DNA of 53,939 nt, taken from positions 166,044,484 to 166,098,422 of the forward strand of contig NC_068982.1 in NCBI RefSeq assembly GCF_001194135.2, written 5' to 3'. This DNA comes from Octopus bimaculoides. Lineage: Eukaryota. Below, piece after piece: positions 25,506-38,831 of the stretch. The position numbers and the translations under genes are program-made. Below the pieces are notes generated by a model that did not search any database, was not told the DNA's origin, and saw only the letters and a list, made by a program, of their open reading frames with translations. How positions within the stretch are numbered: position 1 is the stretch's first letter; the number at the start of each line of letters is the position of its first letter.

Positions 25506-26618
25506 GAGGGAGAGAGAGAGAGATAGATTACCTGTGTATGCATGAGTGTATGTATGTATTCTAAAAACGTTGTTTTGACTTGCTCTTCAACATTTTAATA
25601 GAAATCTTTAAATTGCTGAAACAGAATGAAAGAACTGTGAAGCAATCATGTGAGAAGAAGAAAGTATCCTTAGTCTTGTTCAAATTTGAAAATTCAGTCA
25701 CGTTTCCTGCATTGTTCGTTGTTATTTCTTCTAAACTTTCAAGGACAGTGTTCGCTTTTTATCTGTATTTGTCACCATTTAAGTATACTCAGTTCTATGT
25801 TGCAAGATTTGTGTAACTACATATAAATTTTTTTTTAATATTTTTAAAAAATTAATCACATATTTGCTTAAAATACACAAAAATTAAATTCTTTTGCAAC
25901 GTTTTCAATTTTTATTGTGAAAGTTATTAAACTTTCACTTTGGAATCAAATGTTTAAAATATGACATGTCATTCAGAAATGCACGGTAACTATTTTGTTG
26001 ATCTTTGTTCAATACTAGAATTTACAATTACTAGCTTTTAATTTTATTCCAGCGAAAACAATTCAATAAAATTATACAGTAAAAAAAATACATGAACAGA
26101 AGTAAAAAAAAAATCTAAGAAATATAAAATATAAAAATAATATTGATTATATCAGACTACGATTTTGTGAGATCTTAGTATTGTCTTTTATTTGGGGGGT
26201 TTATAGCTGTTGTTGTTGAACTTCCTTTGTTTGTTACTATTTATTTTGTAAGTGATGTTTTCTGTTATTTGTGTTGGATATCTAATGGTTTGTCATTTAC
26301 AAATGGAAGTGTCAATAACCATTTCAATAGTAACACAGTGACTATCGTAATTAATGGATTCTTCTTTGGATGCAACTCTGAAATTTATAGTGAAAGTAGT
26401 ATAGTCGATTAAATCGATTCTACTATATTGCAAGTATTTTTACTGTGCCCACTACCACCACCACCACCACCACTCTCCTCCTCTACAAAAACAATACAAT
26501 GCAAGATTAAGTAGACCGTGGCAGAATTTTAAATTCCAAGGGAAGATAGATGAGGACTGGCACTCGCATTAACTGGCAAATTTTGTTGTCGTTATTGACC
26601 AAATACTAACAATAACAA

Positions 26619-26839
26619 TTTTGGCATAAGAACAGCAAGTTCTGGGGAAGGGGTAAGTCGATTACATCGACTCCAGTGTTCAACTGGTACATGTTTTATC
26701 GTCCCTGAGATAATGAAAGGTAAAGTCGACCTCAGCGGAATTTGAACTCAGAACGTAAAGCCAGATGAAATGCATCTAAGCATTCTGCCCGGCGTCCTAA
26801 AGATTCTGCCACCTTGTCGCCTTGATGATGATGATGATG

Positions 26840-26896
<57 letters not shown>

Positions 26897-27340
26897 GTTT
26901 CAAATTTTGCCACAAGGGCATCTATTTCTGGTGGGAGGGGATGAGTCGATTACATCGACCCCAGTATTTCACTGGTACTTAATTTACTGACCCGGAAAGG
27001 ACGAAAGGCAATGTCGACCTCGACGTAATTTAAACTCAGAACGTAAAGACAGACGAAATTTCTCTAAGCATTCTGTCCGGCGTCCTCACGTTCCTGCCAG
27101 CTCACCACCTTAATAATAATAATAATCCTTTTTACTATAGGTGCAAGGCCTCGAATTTGGGGGATGGGGATAATCGATTACATCGACCCCAGTACTCAAC
27201 TCGTACTAATTTTATCGGACTCAAAGAATGAAAGGTAAAGTCGATCACAGCTACATTTGAGCTGAACTCAAATCGTAAAGTCGGGCGAAATGCCACTATG
27301 CATTTTGTCCGGCATTCTAACGATTCTATCAGATCAACCT
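26619..27340 (-). mobile_element. Head-to-tail array of three family A SINEs (26619-26821, 26896-27110, 27127-27340) separated by (AAT)n
   Basis: Each copy carries GTCGATTACATCGAC, GAAAGG..AAGTCGA and GAACTCA..ACGTAAAG-like blocks; all are homologous to the + strand copy at 31197-31404. Confidence 0.9.
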
Positions 27341-27710
27341 CTCTACTTTCACTTTCCTTTCCAAGTGGAATTTTAAAAAACCGATGAGGGCGTATCTGAA
27401 GAGAAAATTGTTTAGCTTCAGTTCTTTCGGTTGTGTCCACCGCACAACTTCTTTCCTATAGACACCAAACCGGTCAGCTGAATTTCATCAGCGCCCAAAG
27501 TTCCTCCGAAGACGTTGTCAGTCTTCTCCACCACTTATAAGTATGAATATGAAAGTGAGGTGACGTAGACACCCCTATCACAGCCCTGTTTTTGGTTTTC
27601 AACACTTTTACGGTCTGCATAAGAGCGACCAACTTCTAGAGAGTCAGTACGTTCAGAAGGGTAGAGAGAAGACATTTTTGGTGGACCAAATACTAATAAT
27701 AGAAAATTTT

Positions 27711-27867
27711 AATTTTGGCATAAGAATAGCAAGTTCTGAGGAGGAGGTAAGTCGATTACATCGACCCCAGTGTTCAACTGGTACATGTTTTGTCGTCCCA
27801 GAAATAATGGAAGGTAAAGTCGACCTCAGCGGAATTTGAACTCAGAACGTAAAGACAGATGAAATGC
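27711..27867 (-). mobile_element. Family A SINE with truncated head, near-duplicate of the 26619 copy
   Basis: Same diagnostic bases (GGTACATGTTTT, GTCCC..ATAATG, GACCTCAGCGG) and the same flank GACCAAATACTAA. Confidence 0.85.
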
Positions 27868-27874
27868 CTGAGGC

Positions 27875-28075
27875 TGAATTGTTCCGTCGGTTGGCCATTG
27901 ATGATCCGCCCTTTTGAAAACTTTCGACCGATCTAAATTGATCAGGACACTAACCATACCAGGTTATTTAACTGACCTGTCTATAATGCACTGCGTGAGC
28001 TGTACGGCGTTGTAGTTAGATATGTTTGGCATCAGGCATGGTCCATCGAGCTCACCGTACAAAAGGTATTTGCAA
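27875..28075 (-). mobile_element. Tx1/L1-type reverse transcriptase fragment, highly degenerate
   Basis: Translation YLLYGELDGPCLMPNISNYNAVQLTQCIIDRSVK*PGMVSVLINLDRSKVFKRADHQW resembles the Tx1 RT block (LVGE.Q.C..P.RSI..N..L.R.II....ALI.LDQ.KAFDRVDH). Confidence 0.65.
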
Positions 28076-29639
28076 CAAATGTATAGTGTGGCATGTGGAA
28101 TGCAACCTATTCATAATAAAAAAACAAAGGACAGGTGCTCCGGTCAGGAGTGAGTGTGACGGTCATACGGAATAATACAATGAGGGTGATGTAAATATTC
28201 ACGTACACCTGGCTAACATTAAGGAAATATTCTCCTCAACACATTTTTCGGTGAGACTGGTCTCCTTCCTTGTAAACATTTACTAGTTCCTATTAGTTCC
28301 TGAAAATTCGGCGGAAACAAATCCCAAGCAAATTAAGTGGACTATCGAGGACCCTACAACACTGTCTGGTCGCATGGACTTAACTCTCCAGATGCCGAAT
28401 TGCAAGCCCAGTGACTTACCTGAGTTTTTGTTCATTCTTTTGTCTATTGTGATCGTGTTACAGTGTTTCCCTGTTGTTGCTTTCGTTATTGATACAATTG
28501 CGTGTTTAATTGTTGTTGCAGTGATGGAGATAGTGATGGTATACTTGATGTTGCAGACAGTGAAGGTGGTCTAGAATGTAATGCGTGGGTGATTGAGATG
28601 TAAGATATAGTGATGAGTCGATGGGTTTTCTAACACATTTGTGTGTCCTCAGTCTTGGCTTCTATTTTCCTCTTCACCTGAAAAAGTCGTTGAGGTTTCT
28701 TTTCTTAGGGTTGTTGTTGTTTTTGTGGTGGTGGTGGTGGTGGTGGTGGTGGTAGTGGTGGTGGTGGTGGTGGTAGCTAATGCTACTGCTGGTGTTTATG
28801 TTGTGCTATTTTCATTTGGTTAGCAAAGCTTTCAAAGCAAACTGTTGCTGCTATGCCTACCTTTACTGCTGCAGCAGCTACCTTCAAGGGGCATTTAGCT
28901 CACCAGAGGATTGGTTATACCATATGTTTGTCACCTGTGTCTCTATATTCCACAATTACACGCATTTGTTGTGTCTATTTTGTCCGATTTCTCGTCAAGG
29001 TTTTCAGTTTGTAACTTGATAAAGATTTCGATAGCAGTTCTGTACCAGTTTTCCTGGTAGTGGATTTTATGTCTAATATTGTGTTTTTTACTTCTACAAT
29101 ATTGCATGTCACCATTTCAGTAACTTCACTTGCGCTACTCGCCAAGTGCTGTAAGTTTCTCGTTCTTTCTTTCCTGGCGATGAAATGCTTCGATGTGTGA
29201 GTATCTGATAGGAATCCTATCTCCACTGCCTCATTATGCCCGGCGCCAGTGATAAAACCAATGTCACTATATCCTTGGGTGTGTGTCAATCTTTCTTTAA
29301 CTATTACTAGTCAGTAAGCCATAGGCTGTTTTCTCCAAGAGCTTTAGTGACACAACGTTGTGGTCTTCATGTTTTCTCTCCGGACGAGCGTAGTGCTACT
29401 GCACTGACTCTTGTTATGGATGCTTCTCAGTGCCTCTTTGTTCGGATTTTTTCTCAACAGCACCATCCCACCTCGGTCCACAGGACTGGAAATTCTCCCG
29501 TTCTACTACCAGTTCTGGTATACACCTGCTTTTAGATCACAAATAAGTCTGGAATAAGAAAGTAAAGCTTGAAGGTCAGACAAGTCCCAGTCTTTTCCTA
29601 TATGCAGCTCGTCAACGTGTCATTGTATGTCACTGTTAT

Positions 29640-30030
29640 CGGCATTTTACAAAACTTCACATTTCTGGTCGAAAACTGCGGCAGGCTGTCAATGTAAGAA
29701 GTAAAATCCACCCCGTCTTCGCGTGCAAAGTGCCGCTGAAATTCTGAGCACTTCACCCAGGACTCGAGTGATAAGTTCGCGTTCCGGCCTCAATGATCGA
29801 ATTATTGCTTTGTTGCCACGCTGCATCTCTACCACCTGGGCCCGTCGAACGGCCTTCGTTTCTTCGCGTCTTAGAGAACGCACCCTAATTCATATAAGGC
29901 AAACTTCATGCTTGGCGTTGAAGAATTAGTTTACTACCAATCTCGTTGTCGGCATGGTAGCCGTTATGGCCTTTCCAACAGCCTCATATAGCTTCCAATC
30001 TAGGTCTTCCACTACTTTAGACTTCCTTAT
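29640..30030 (-). mobile_element. Possible L1/Tx1 ORF1 remnant
   Basis: Largely open minus-strand frame KVVEDLDWKLYEAVGKAITATMPTTRLVVN*...ELITRVLGEVLRIS..., with IDSLPQF...MPITVTY in a shifted frame. It lies upstream of, and on the same strand as, the Tx1 RT fragment. Assignment is inference only. Confidence 0.35.
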
Positions 30031-30350
30031 CGCTAGTTATTTATTAAGTCTTAACGCCTCTACTGTAATAGCGCTTTTACAGGGCTATTCACCATCACTT
30101 GCTGGAAATTGCATATCAACTGATGGCCTTACTATCTCGGTCTCTGAACGCTTGTTGCGCCAAGAAAGACACGTTCAGCTTCTGGTATCTGGAGCCCAGC
30201 ATATGAAGCGTTTCTAGGTCTATCGTGCAGTCACAAATTTATGGTCTGTGTATGGCTGATTGTTTGAAATTTGGGACAGTCTATGCTGTTCGTATCTGGT
30301 AACAGTACAACACAGCATTAGAATAAAGGAAAACTAAAGCCTAATAACAA

Positions 30351-30784
30351 CCCTTTTTACTATGGGCACAAGAGAACCGAAATTTTAGGAGAGGGGCTAG
30401 TCGATTACATTGACCCTAGTTCTTCACTGGTACTTATTTTATCTACCATGAAAGGAGGAAATGCAAAGTCGATTTCGGTGAAATTTGAACTCAGAACGTA
30501 TCGAGGGACGGATAACCTCTAAGCATTTTGTCCGGCGCGATAACGGTTCTGCCAGCCCACACACGTTAATAATAATTCTTATTTTGGTACAAGACCAGCA
30601 AGTTTGAGGAGTGTGGAAGTCGATTACATTCACCTTAGTGCTCAACCAGCACTTATTTTATCGACCCCGAAAGGATGAAAGGTGAAATTGACCTCGGTGA
30701 AATTTGAACTCAGAACGTGAAGACAAACGTAATGCTGCTAAGTATTTTGCCCGGCGTGCCAGCGATTCTTCCAGCTTGCCACCT
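30351..30784 (-). mobile_element. Two tandem family A SINEs (30351-30563, 30577-30784)
   Basis: Same family A blocks, separated by TAATAATAAT. Confidence 0.85.
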
Positions 30785-31098
30785 TAATAATAATAATAAT
30801 NNNNNNNNNNNNNNNNNNNNNNNNNNNNNNNNNNNNNNNNNNNNNNNNNNNNNNNNNNNNNNNNNNNNNNNNNNNNNNNNNNNNNNNNNNNNAATACTGT
30901 CTATGTGATCTCAAATTTTAAAGCAAACATAATTTTCTTATGGTTTCTTAAACATTCACTTGAACAAAACTGTACAAATCCAAATATATGGTACCCTAGG
31001 CATAACACCTACATGAACTTCTAACTTGTTGTCTCTTGAGGTCTCTGGGTGAGACTTGGATCCAACTTGTACAAATGCAAAACAAAAGTCAAACATAA

Positions 31099-31134
<36 letters not shown>

Positions 31135-31196
31135 TCTTTTATTAGCCACGAGGACATAGATGAGGAGCACATTATAAGGGTAGACAATAATTAACA

Positions 31197-31404
31197 TGGA
31201 GAGGTGGCAAAAACGTTAGCACGCAGGGCGAAATGCTTAGCGGTATTTCGTCTGTCTTTACGTTCTGAGTTCAAATTCCGCCGAGGTCGATTTTGCCTTT
31301 CATCCTTTCAGGATCGATAAATTAAGTACCAGTTGAGTACTGGGGTCGATCTAATCGACTGGCCCCCTCCCCATAAATTTCGGGCTTTTTACTTAGAGTA
31401 GAAA
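31197..31404 (+). mobile_element. Family A SINE, well preserved
   Basis: CGTTAGCACGCAGGGCGAAATGC...GTTCAAATTCCGCCGAGGTCGA...GGGGTCGATCTAATCGAC; B-box-like GAGTTCAAATTCC. Confidence 0.9.
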
Positions 31405-31834
31405 TGAATATGGAGAGGTTACTTTGTATACTATCTATACTTTATTTCATTCCATCATCTTTCCCCTTTCCTTTTCATATGTATTATGTATGAGATAACA
31501 TGAATGATGCAGACCTCGTTATACAGGATAAACTTCAACTAGGACCAGACAATGAACCCCACATGTCCAGGATTACCCTGACCACCAAAGGCATGAGCCC
31601 TATTATTTTCCTTTCTGAAGTTGTTATGCTTCTGAAACTTTAACTTTTCTTAAAATAGTTTTCCAATATCTTTCAAAGTATCTAATGAGTACGTGTATAC
31701 TTATGTACAAAGATGTGTGGTTGTATGCGCACCTTTTCGTTACTTAGGTGTGCCATACGTCCGTTATGCATATATGGCTGGAGATGTACATACACACATA
31801 CATACATACATACATACATACATGCATATATATA

Positions 31835-31901
<67 letters not shown>

Positions 31902-32532
31902 GAGAAAGAGAGAGAGGAGGCGCTCATGGATATGATGCGAAAGAACATTTTTATCTTGAAAGTGATATACTAAGTGGATTTAGTTTTAGATATAAAATAT
32001 TACAAAATATAACACATAAAATGTAACACATCTTCAGTGGATGTTAATGAATATTGGAAATATGAAAACATGAATAAGTAAAAACATAAATAATCGAATA
32101 ATTAATCATATAAATGACCATCAAAGTGACTTGGGTGTATTCTACAAACGAAATGATGCTGAAAAATTCTATCTCTTATATCGGTCGATATAAACAATAT
32201 ATGACTACAAATACAAATATACATAAACAGTTAGATGCATAGACAGATATGATCACAAGCACAAACACACACGCGTGTACATGGGTGTGTTTCTCTCTGT
32301 GTATATAATTATTATCAATATTTCATCCCTAATGAAAGAAATATTAGTTCCGAATGAATACGTGTACACTAAAATCTGTTCCTACCATCTTCTAATCATA
32401 ACTTAATAATCAAGCTAATTTGATCTGTTAATGGTGTTTATCGGGAATATATATATATTTTTTCATAAAGGACTTGTTCTCTTTAACTTCCTTGTCTGAA
32501 GCTAATTAGCGTTGATATTTATATTTTATTTA

Positions 32533-32760
32533 GGGCGGTGGGTTTGCAGGAGTCGGTTACGCGTGCGACTAAATGCCTCGCAGTATTTAGTTGTGTCTCT
32601 TTATGTTCAGAGTTAAAATGCCACTGAAATCAGCATTGCCTTTTATCCTTGTCAGCTGGATGACATAAAGTATCAGTCAAGTATTGGCGAGATGTAGTCA
32701 ATATAATTAACTGTTCATTCTCAAAAAAATTCCTGGCCTTGTACATATTTTAGAAAGTAG
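32533..32760 (+). mobile_element. Old, diverged family A SINE
   Basis: Colinear similarity to 31197-31404 (AAATGCCTCGCAGTATT, GTTCAGAGTTAAAATGCC, GGCCTTGT..TTAGAAA). Confidence 0.6.
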
Positions 32761-32960
32761 TATTTCTGTCTTTGTTAAGTTATCGAGTCGGCAGAATCAC
32801 TGCATCACGGTTTCAATTCTCACTGGTTGTAGATACACTACCGTTAGAGTCTCAAATGTTCTCGACAAAGTCATGGATTTCGGAGACACTTCTAATTTAT
32901 TGTCCTCTTATACTTTTCAAAAAGAAGTTCGTATTTTTATACATTATTATTGAACAGAGT

Positions 32961-33347
32961 GTGGAGGCGCAATGTCCCATTGGTTAGGACAGCGGACTCG
33001 CAGTCATAGGATCGCAGTTTCGATTCCCAAACCGGGCGTTGTGAGTGTTTATTGAGCGAAAACACCTAAAGCTCCACGAGGCCCCGGCAGGGGATGGTGG
33101 CGAACCCTGCTGTACTCTTTCACAACAACTTTCTCTCACTCTTACTTCCTGTTTCTGTTGTGCCTGTAATTCAAAGGGTCAGCCTTGTCACACTGTGTCA
33201 CGCTGAATATGCCCGAGAACTATGTTACGGGCACACGTGTCTGTGGAGTGCTCAGCCACTTGCACGTTAATTTCACGAGCAGGCTGTTCCGTTGATCGGA
33301 TCAACTGGAACCCTCGACGTCGTAAGCGACGGAGTTCCAACAACAAC
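32961..33347 (+). mobile_element. tRNA-derived SINE, family B, full length with (CAA)n tail
   Basis: tRNA-like head GGCGCAATGTCCCATTGGTTAGG...GTTTCGATTCCC. Highly similar reverse copy at 35188-35566. Confidence 0.9.
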
Positions 33348-33929
33348 ATATTTAACAGAGACAACGCCGAGGGGGCATGAGGTAACCACAATGTGTGTCA
33401 ACTTCACAAAGTGATTTCGATTCGTGTCTAAAGCCAATACTGTTAATACTCTTAATAAAGCATATACGTCATTATTATTCCATTTCATTCTCCCCTACAA
33501 TATTTATGTATTTACTTTTCTGTATCATCTTGTTATAGTTTGTGGCTGAACCAATTGTAGTAAGGAGAGTGGAAATATATCCGTGACTTTCTTTTATTAC
33601 CCATTGCAATAGCTAATACATTGTACTTCATACATTTAATACACGTAAGAAAGTTATGAACTCCACACAAACTTATTTCTCATATAAAATTTCAGAGCTC
33701 GTGCTTCAGTACATTGTGAAAATGGAATTTCTTGTGTTTGTAAACGCAACCTAAGCAGAAGCTGGGTTGTTACTTTATGATAACTTTACTATGATACACT
33801 AATTTAAGTTTAAATACTGGCATATTCAGCATTTTTTTCTTTCATATGGTCAGTAAAAATGGTTCTTATCGATTTATTTGGCTACACCTTTAGCACTTTA
33901 CCTCCCTCTCTCCTTTCTCTCTCCCTCTC

Positions 33930-33987
<58 letters not shown>

Positions 33988-34689
33988 AAAAATATCAGTA
34001 TTCAGTTACTGACTACTTTCCCCTTACAAAACGGATATTTTTATTGTTGCAGTAAAGAGTAGCAGAAAAGGTTTTATTTCTCCTTTTTTTATATTTTTCA
34101 TATTCTTTTTTTTTTTTGAATGCCGTGTGTTATTTGGTTATATTACCTTCTGACACCCCCTTTCATCTTTCAGGAATCGATAAAATCTGTACCAATCAAG
34201 TACTAAGATCGATTCAATTGACTTTCATCCTTCTCGAACACATTCGTGGCCGCTTACCAAACTTAGAAATCATTGTTATAGTTATTTTGATTCTTCTTCT
34301 TTTATATTTATGTTAGCATGGTTTTGTTATTGCTGCCTTTGCTGGTGCTGTTAATATGATGTGCTGCATTGTAGCATTTAATACCGTCCAACGGTATCTA
34401 TCACAATAACCAGTGCCTCGGCTTCGCGGTTTTAAATTCTTCTATGTCCATTTTATCTAGCATCCGGTGTGATCGATAAAATTAGTGCCAGTTATGCGCT
34501 TGAATCAATTCCGTTGGTGATAATACCTTTACTAGTAAAAATTGGCCATGTGTCGAACCAAAGGAATCATAATTATTTACAGCTTATGATTGAGGTCAAA
34601 CTACTAGTAATATCTTTCAGTCAATTTGATCGGCTATCAGTCTCTATAACAAAAATTGGTGAGGTTTCAGTAAAAATACGTGACTTTGT

Positions 34690-34885
34690 ACTTGTTCTTT
34701 GGCCCAAAATCAGCCTGGATTAAACACATCTATACTCAAAGACATCCCAGCCACGTGCGCTCCATTTTCATTTCAATAACCATAGATATTAAGCCAATGT
34801 ATTCTTTTTTGAAGATGACAATGTGATTTTAGAAGTAACTGACTGCTATTTCCTGCAGGTCGAGTGAGCACACAGGCATTCCTAT
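34690..34885 (-). repeat. Interspersed repeat family G (related copy at 43950-44140 on +)
   Basis: The reverse complement CTCGACCTGCAGGAAATAGCAGTC...CACATT matches CTCGACCTGCAAGGCATAGCAGTC...CACATT at about 43990-44035. Confidence 0.6.
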
Positions 34886-35118
34886 CCACCGTTAGCCAAA
34901 TATATATAACTCATTAATATAGACATAGTTTTTGCTGAATTCTAGATTAGAAGAGCAGGAAATAAAAGAAAATAATTTTTTCATTCCATATTTACTAACA
35001 GCCTATACGAAATTTTTTTAACTATTTAGTATTACGCGCATGCGCGTGGATTCGCACTTGCGCGCACATACACTCGCATGCACACGCACATACGTACACA
35101 CATGTATATATATTGTTT

Positions 35119-35171
<53 letters not shown>

Positions 35172-35187
35172 TAGACTGCGAAACACA

Positions 35188-35566
35188 GTTGTTGTTGTTG
35201 GCACTACGTCGCTTACGACGTCGAGGGTTCCAGTTGATCCGATCAACGAAACAGCCTGCTCGTGAAATTAACGTCCAAGTGGCTGAGCACTCCACAGACA
35301 CGTGTACCCTTAACGTAGTTCTCGAGGATATTCAGCGTGACACAGTGTGACAAGGCTGACCCTTTGAATCACAGGCACAACAGAAACAGGAAGTAAGAGT
35401 GAGAGAAAGTTGTGGCGGAAGAGTACAGCAGGGTTCGCCACCATCCCCTGCCGGAGCCTGGTGGAGCTTTAGGTGTTTTCGCTCACAACGCCCGGTTTGG
35501 GAATCGAAACCGCAATCCTATGACCGCGAGACCGTTGCCCCAACCACTGGACCATTGCGCCTCCAC
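35188..35566 (-). mobile_element. tRNA-derived SINE, family B, with a small internal deletion
   Basis: Reverse complement of 32961-33347; lacks TGTTTATTGAG between two TGAG motifs. Confidence 0.9.
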
Positions 35567-36152
35567 GCGGAATACAGTAGATCTACTTATAAATACCTTG
35601 AAAGATGAACACATATTGATGAAAACTTTTTAGTTGTCGGTGTTTTTCCAAGTAAATAGTGAAATACAAGGTATTGTGCGTTCTGTGTATAACAGAGAGC
35701 GTGCGGCGCAATGACCTTATAAGAGCTTTTGGCAACAAATCAAGTTTCGTTGATTAACCATATTTCGATATACTAGCAAATATTTTGCTTCTATATTTTC
35801 ACTCAATTATTAATTCGCCAGTTACATCAATAATCGGCACCATGAAACTCAGAGTAATGATTCAACAGATTTGAACTTGTTATAAAATATGCGAGCTCTA
35901 CTTTGCATATTGAGTACATGATGCTTCGGTTTTAAATGCAAACGTTCTTCAGTTCATACACATGCATACATACATACATACATACATACATACATACATA
36001 CATACGTACGTACGTACGTACGTACGTACACATACACACATACACGCACACACACACATACCTATGGATTAAATGGATATTCGTTCTCACACTTATCTTT
36101 CAGTTCTTTATTCAAAGTGGCCAGACACAGCTTCTTTGAACTGGCCTCTCCC

Positions 36153-36225
<73 letters not shown>

Positions 36226-36814
36226 NNNNNNNNNNNNNNNNNNNNNNNNNNNNNNNNNNNNNNNNNNNNNNNNNNNNNNNNNNNNNNNNNNNNNNNNNNN
36301 NNNNNNNNNNNNNNNNNNNNNNNNNNNNNNNTATAATGTGTGTATGTATTTGTGTGTGTGTGTGTGTGTGTGTGTGTGACAACAGAATCAAATATATCAT
36401 TAAAGAAAGGCAGAGAAAAACTTACATTTTTGTGTCCATACAAATTACATAGTTTCGAGAGATTGATAACATTTTTTTTTTCTTTTTGTTTTTTTGCTTT
36501 TTTTTTAATAATCTAAACTATATATTTCAGAAATTGTTAGATATTGTGATCATTTCTTAGCTACCACTATAATTGTTCACAGAGTTACAAGCCGAAATAT
36601 ATGTGTATGTAAATATGAATATATAAAGTGATATTGAATAAAAGTTTCATGAAATATATCATTAAAGTTTTAGTCGAAATGTCTGGTTGTCCTACAGTAC
36701 TAAATAGAATAACAGAAATATAGCGAATACAATTACAACAATATAAATACCGACCAGTTTGATATTTGACTAACATGTGTTTAACAACTGAGTATAGAGA
36801 TACAAAGATAGGCA

Positions 36815-36817
36815 GAT

Positions 36818-36883
<66 letters not shown>

Positions 36884-36921
36884 GTAGGTAGGTAGGTAGG
36901 TAGGTAGGTAGGTAGGTAGGT
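36815..36921. repeat. Compound (AGAT)n-(AGGT)n tetranucleotide microsatellite
   Basis: Read directly. Confidence 0.95.
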
Positions 36922-37182
36922 ATAGGCGTGTATCTATATATATTGGTCGTGAAGCTTTAATCCCTAATTATCAGGTACATTGATTCAGCTTGCTGTCTAG
37001 AACCTACCATTAATCTCATTTTCAAGTTTAGGAGTCGTATCACCTAACGATATTTGAAGCTGCGCATTATCAATAATGCTATTAGTTACTGTAAAGTTTA
37101 AAGATTCAAGACAGTTTTCAATAACTTTACATGAGATTTCGAAAATAAATATTACATCTATATATTGTAGTTTCCTTTGTGT

Positions 37183-37219
<37 letters not shown>

Positions 37220-38831
37220 CGTGCGCGCGCATGCATGGCCTTATGTTTCAGGTAGTGTTTACATTCAAAATTATATTGGGTCTTTTGAGTTACCGATGAA
37301 AATCTAATTTCCATGAAATGATTCAAGAGAGCAAAATACTTGAATCATTATCCCATTCCTTCTACATGCTCAACGGGAGTATAAATTGATTACTTAAATT
37401 TACCAAAGCATTTATCAATTTTTATAATGCTGCTGAATTCGGCAATAGAATAGAAGTTCAAACTTGCAATACGTCACTCATAAGTAAATGCTTAAAACTT
37501 TCCCTTTAGAAACAAAATTCTGGCCAGAGAACTATCTCTCGGCTCTTTTCGTAGAATCTGTACAAAAGCTATAGTAGATAGTAAAGAAATTACATACAAA
37601 TACATGTCAAACATTTCCAGGTATCCCAGGCTAGTCTCTCAACAAGAAAATACTATAACATTATCATAACATTCATTATGATAATCTGAACCGGATTAAG
37701 GCCCATCTGATACCCCAAATACAGCTCAGTAATGGTGTCTCCGCGACCTTTCCATTGTCTTACAAGACATTTAGAAAATTGTCATAATTTATGACAATTA
37801 AGAAAACAGATATAATGTATTACTTGCAGAGTGGTAAATCTGGCGTTGGAAAAACAAATTTTATGGTGCTTCCTTACTTTGGTGCCTTAAGCACGTGTTT
37901 ATGTTGTTTAATGGTTAACCCATGAATGGTACTGATCCTAACTAGGCCTTGCAAAAAAAAAGTACTGCACAGCATAACCAACGGTACATAATCTGCACCT
38001 TTATCTACCTTTGCAACAAATAACAAGCTAAAATTAAACAGACCACCTGGAAATGTTACACTTAAAAGTTGTTGCAACTGTTTGACTACAGATCAGCCTT
38101 GATTGAGCAGATATATGATCAAATGCATTCTACACATGGCCGTCCTGTCTTACTTTCAAACAGTCAGCTCTAACAGTTATATTACCTGTCACTGCACATA
38201 CAGTTACACCCAAACCAGGCACTCAAACCATTGACAACAAACCACAACAGTTTTAAACCACCCTCTAATCTTGTGGCTTCTGTGTAGTCGCCTGGTTCTC
38301 TTAAATCCTACCTGTATTTTTAAAAAATGACATAGCTTAATGCAGTTCGAGACGAGATGGCTTAGATTGTAGTACACTTGATTATGGATATACTCGTCCT
38401 TAATTGACCCGGGTTAAACAATTATTGCAATAATAACTTGAAAATATTTACGATTCTTACTCAGTCCAGACAAAACGGAAAACGCAAGCAAAATAGCAAT
38501 TGTATAGATTGCTTTATTAACCCCTAACAAATGTACTGGGAAATGCATACGTTCCTTTCACCACACTCATCTTCGCTGTAGCCACCACCAGAATTCACTG
38601 GCATATACACTATTGAGTGAGATAGCTTGTACATGGTCGCACGATGATAGAAACTGCATCCAAATTTTCCTCAAATAAGACTGCAATGTCTTTAAGAAAT
38701 AGGAAGAGCACAGTGCTGTGACATTAATACATTTTCCACAGTCACTTTTAGTATAATCAAGTCGAATTGAGACGAATTATGTATCAAAACACATTCACAA
38801 ATTCACAAAGTTAGTTGCTTGTCTTTACTGA

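Noticed and set aside
27576-27597. TATCACAGCCCTG resembling miR-2; also TGAGATCATTTT at 43448 resembling bantam
   Set aside because: Neither sits in a convincing pre-miRNA hairpin and the 3' halves diverge.
32961-33030. tRNA genes at SINE heads (also 20391 and 51898)
   Set aside because: A/B-box similarity only; each continues into SINE body or flank and lacks a complete cloverleaf.
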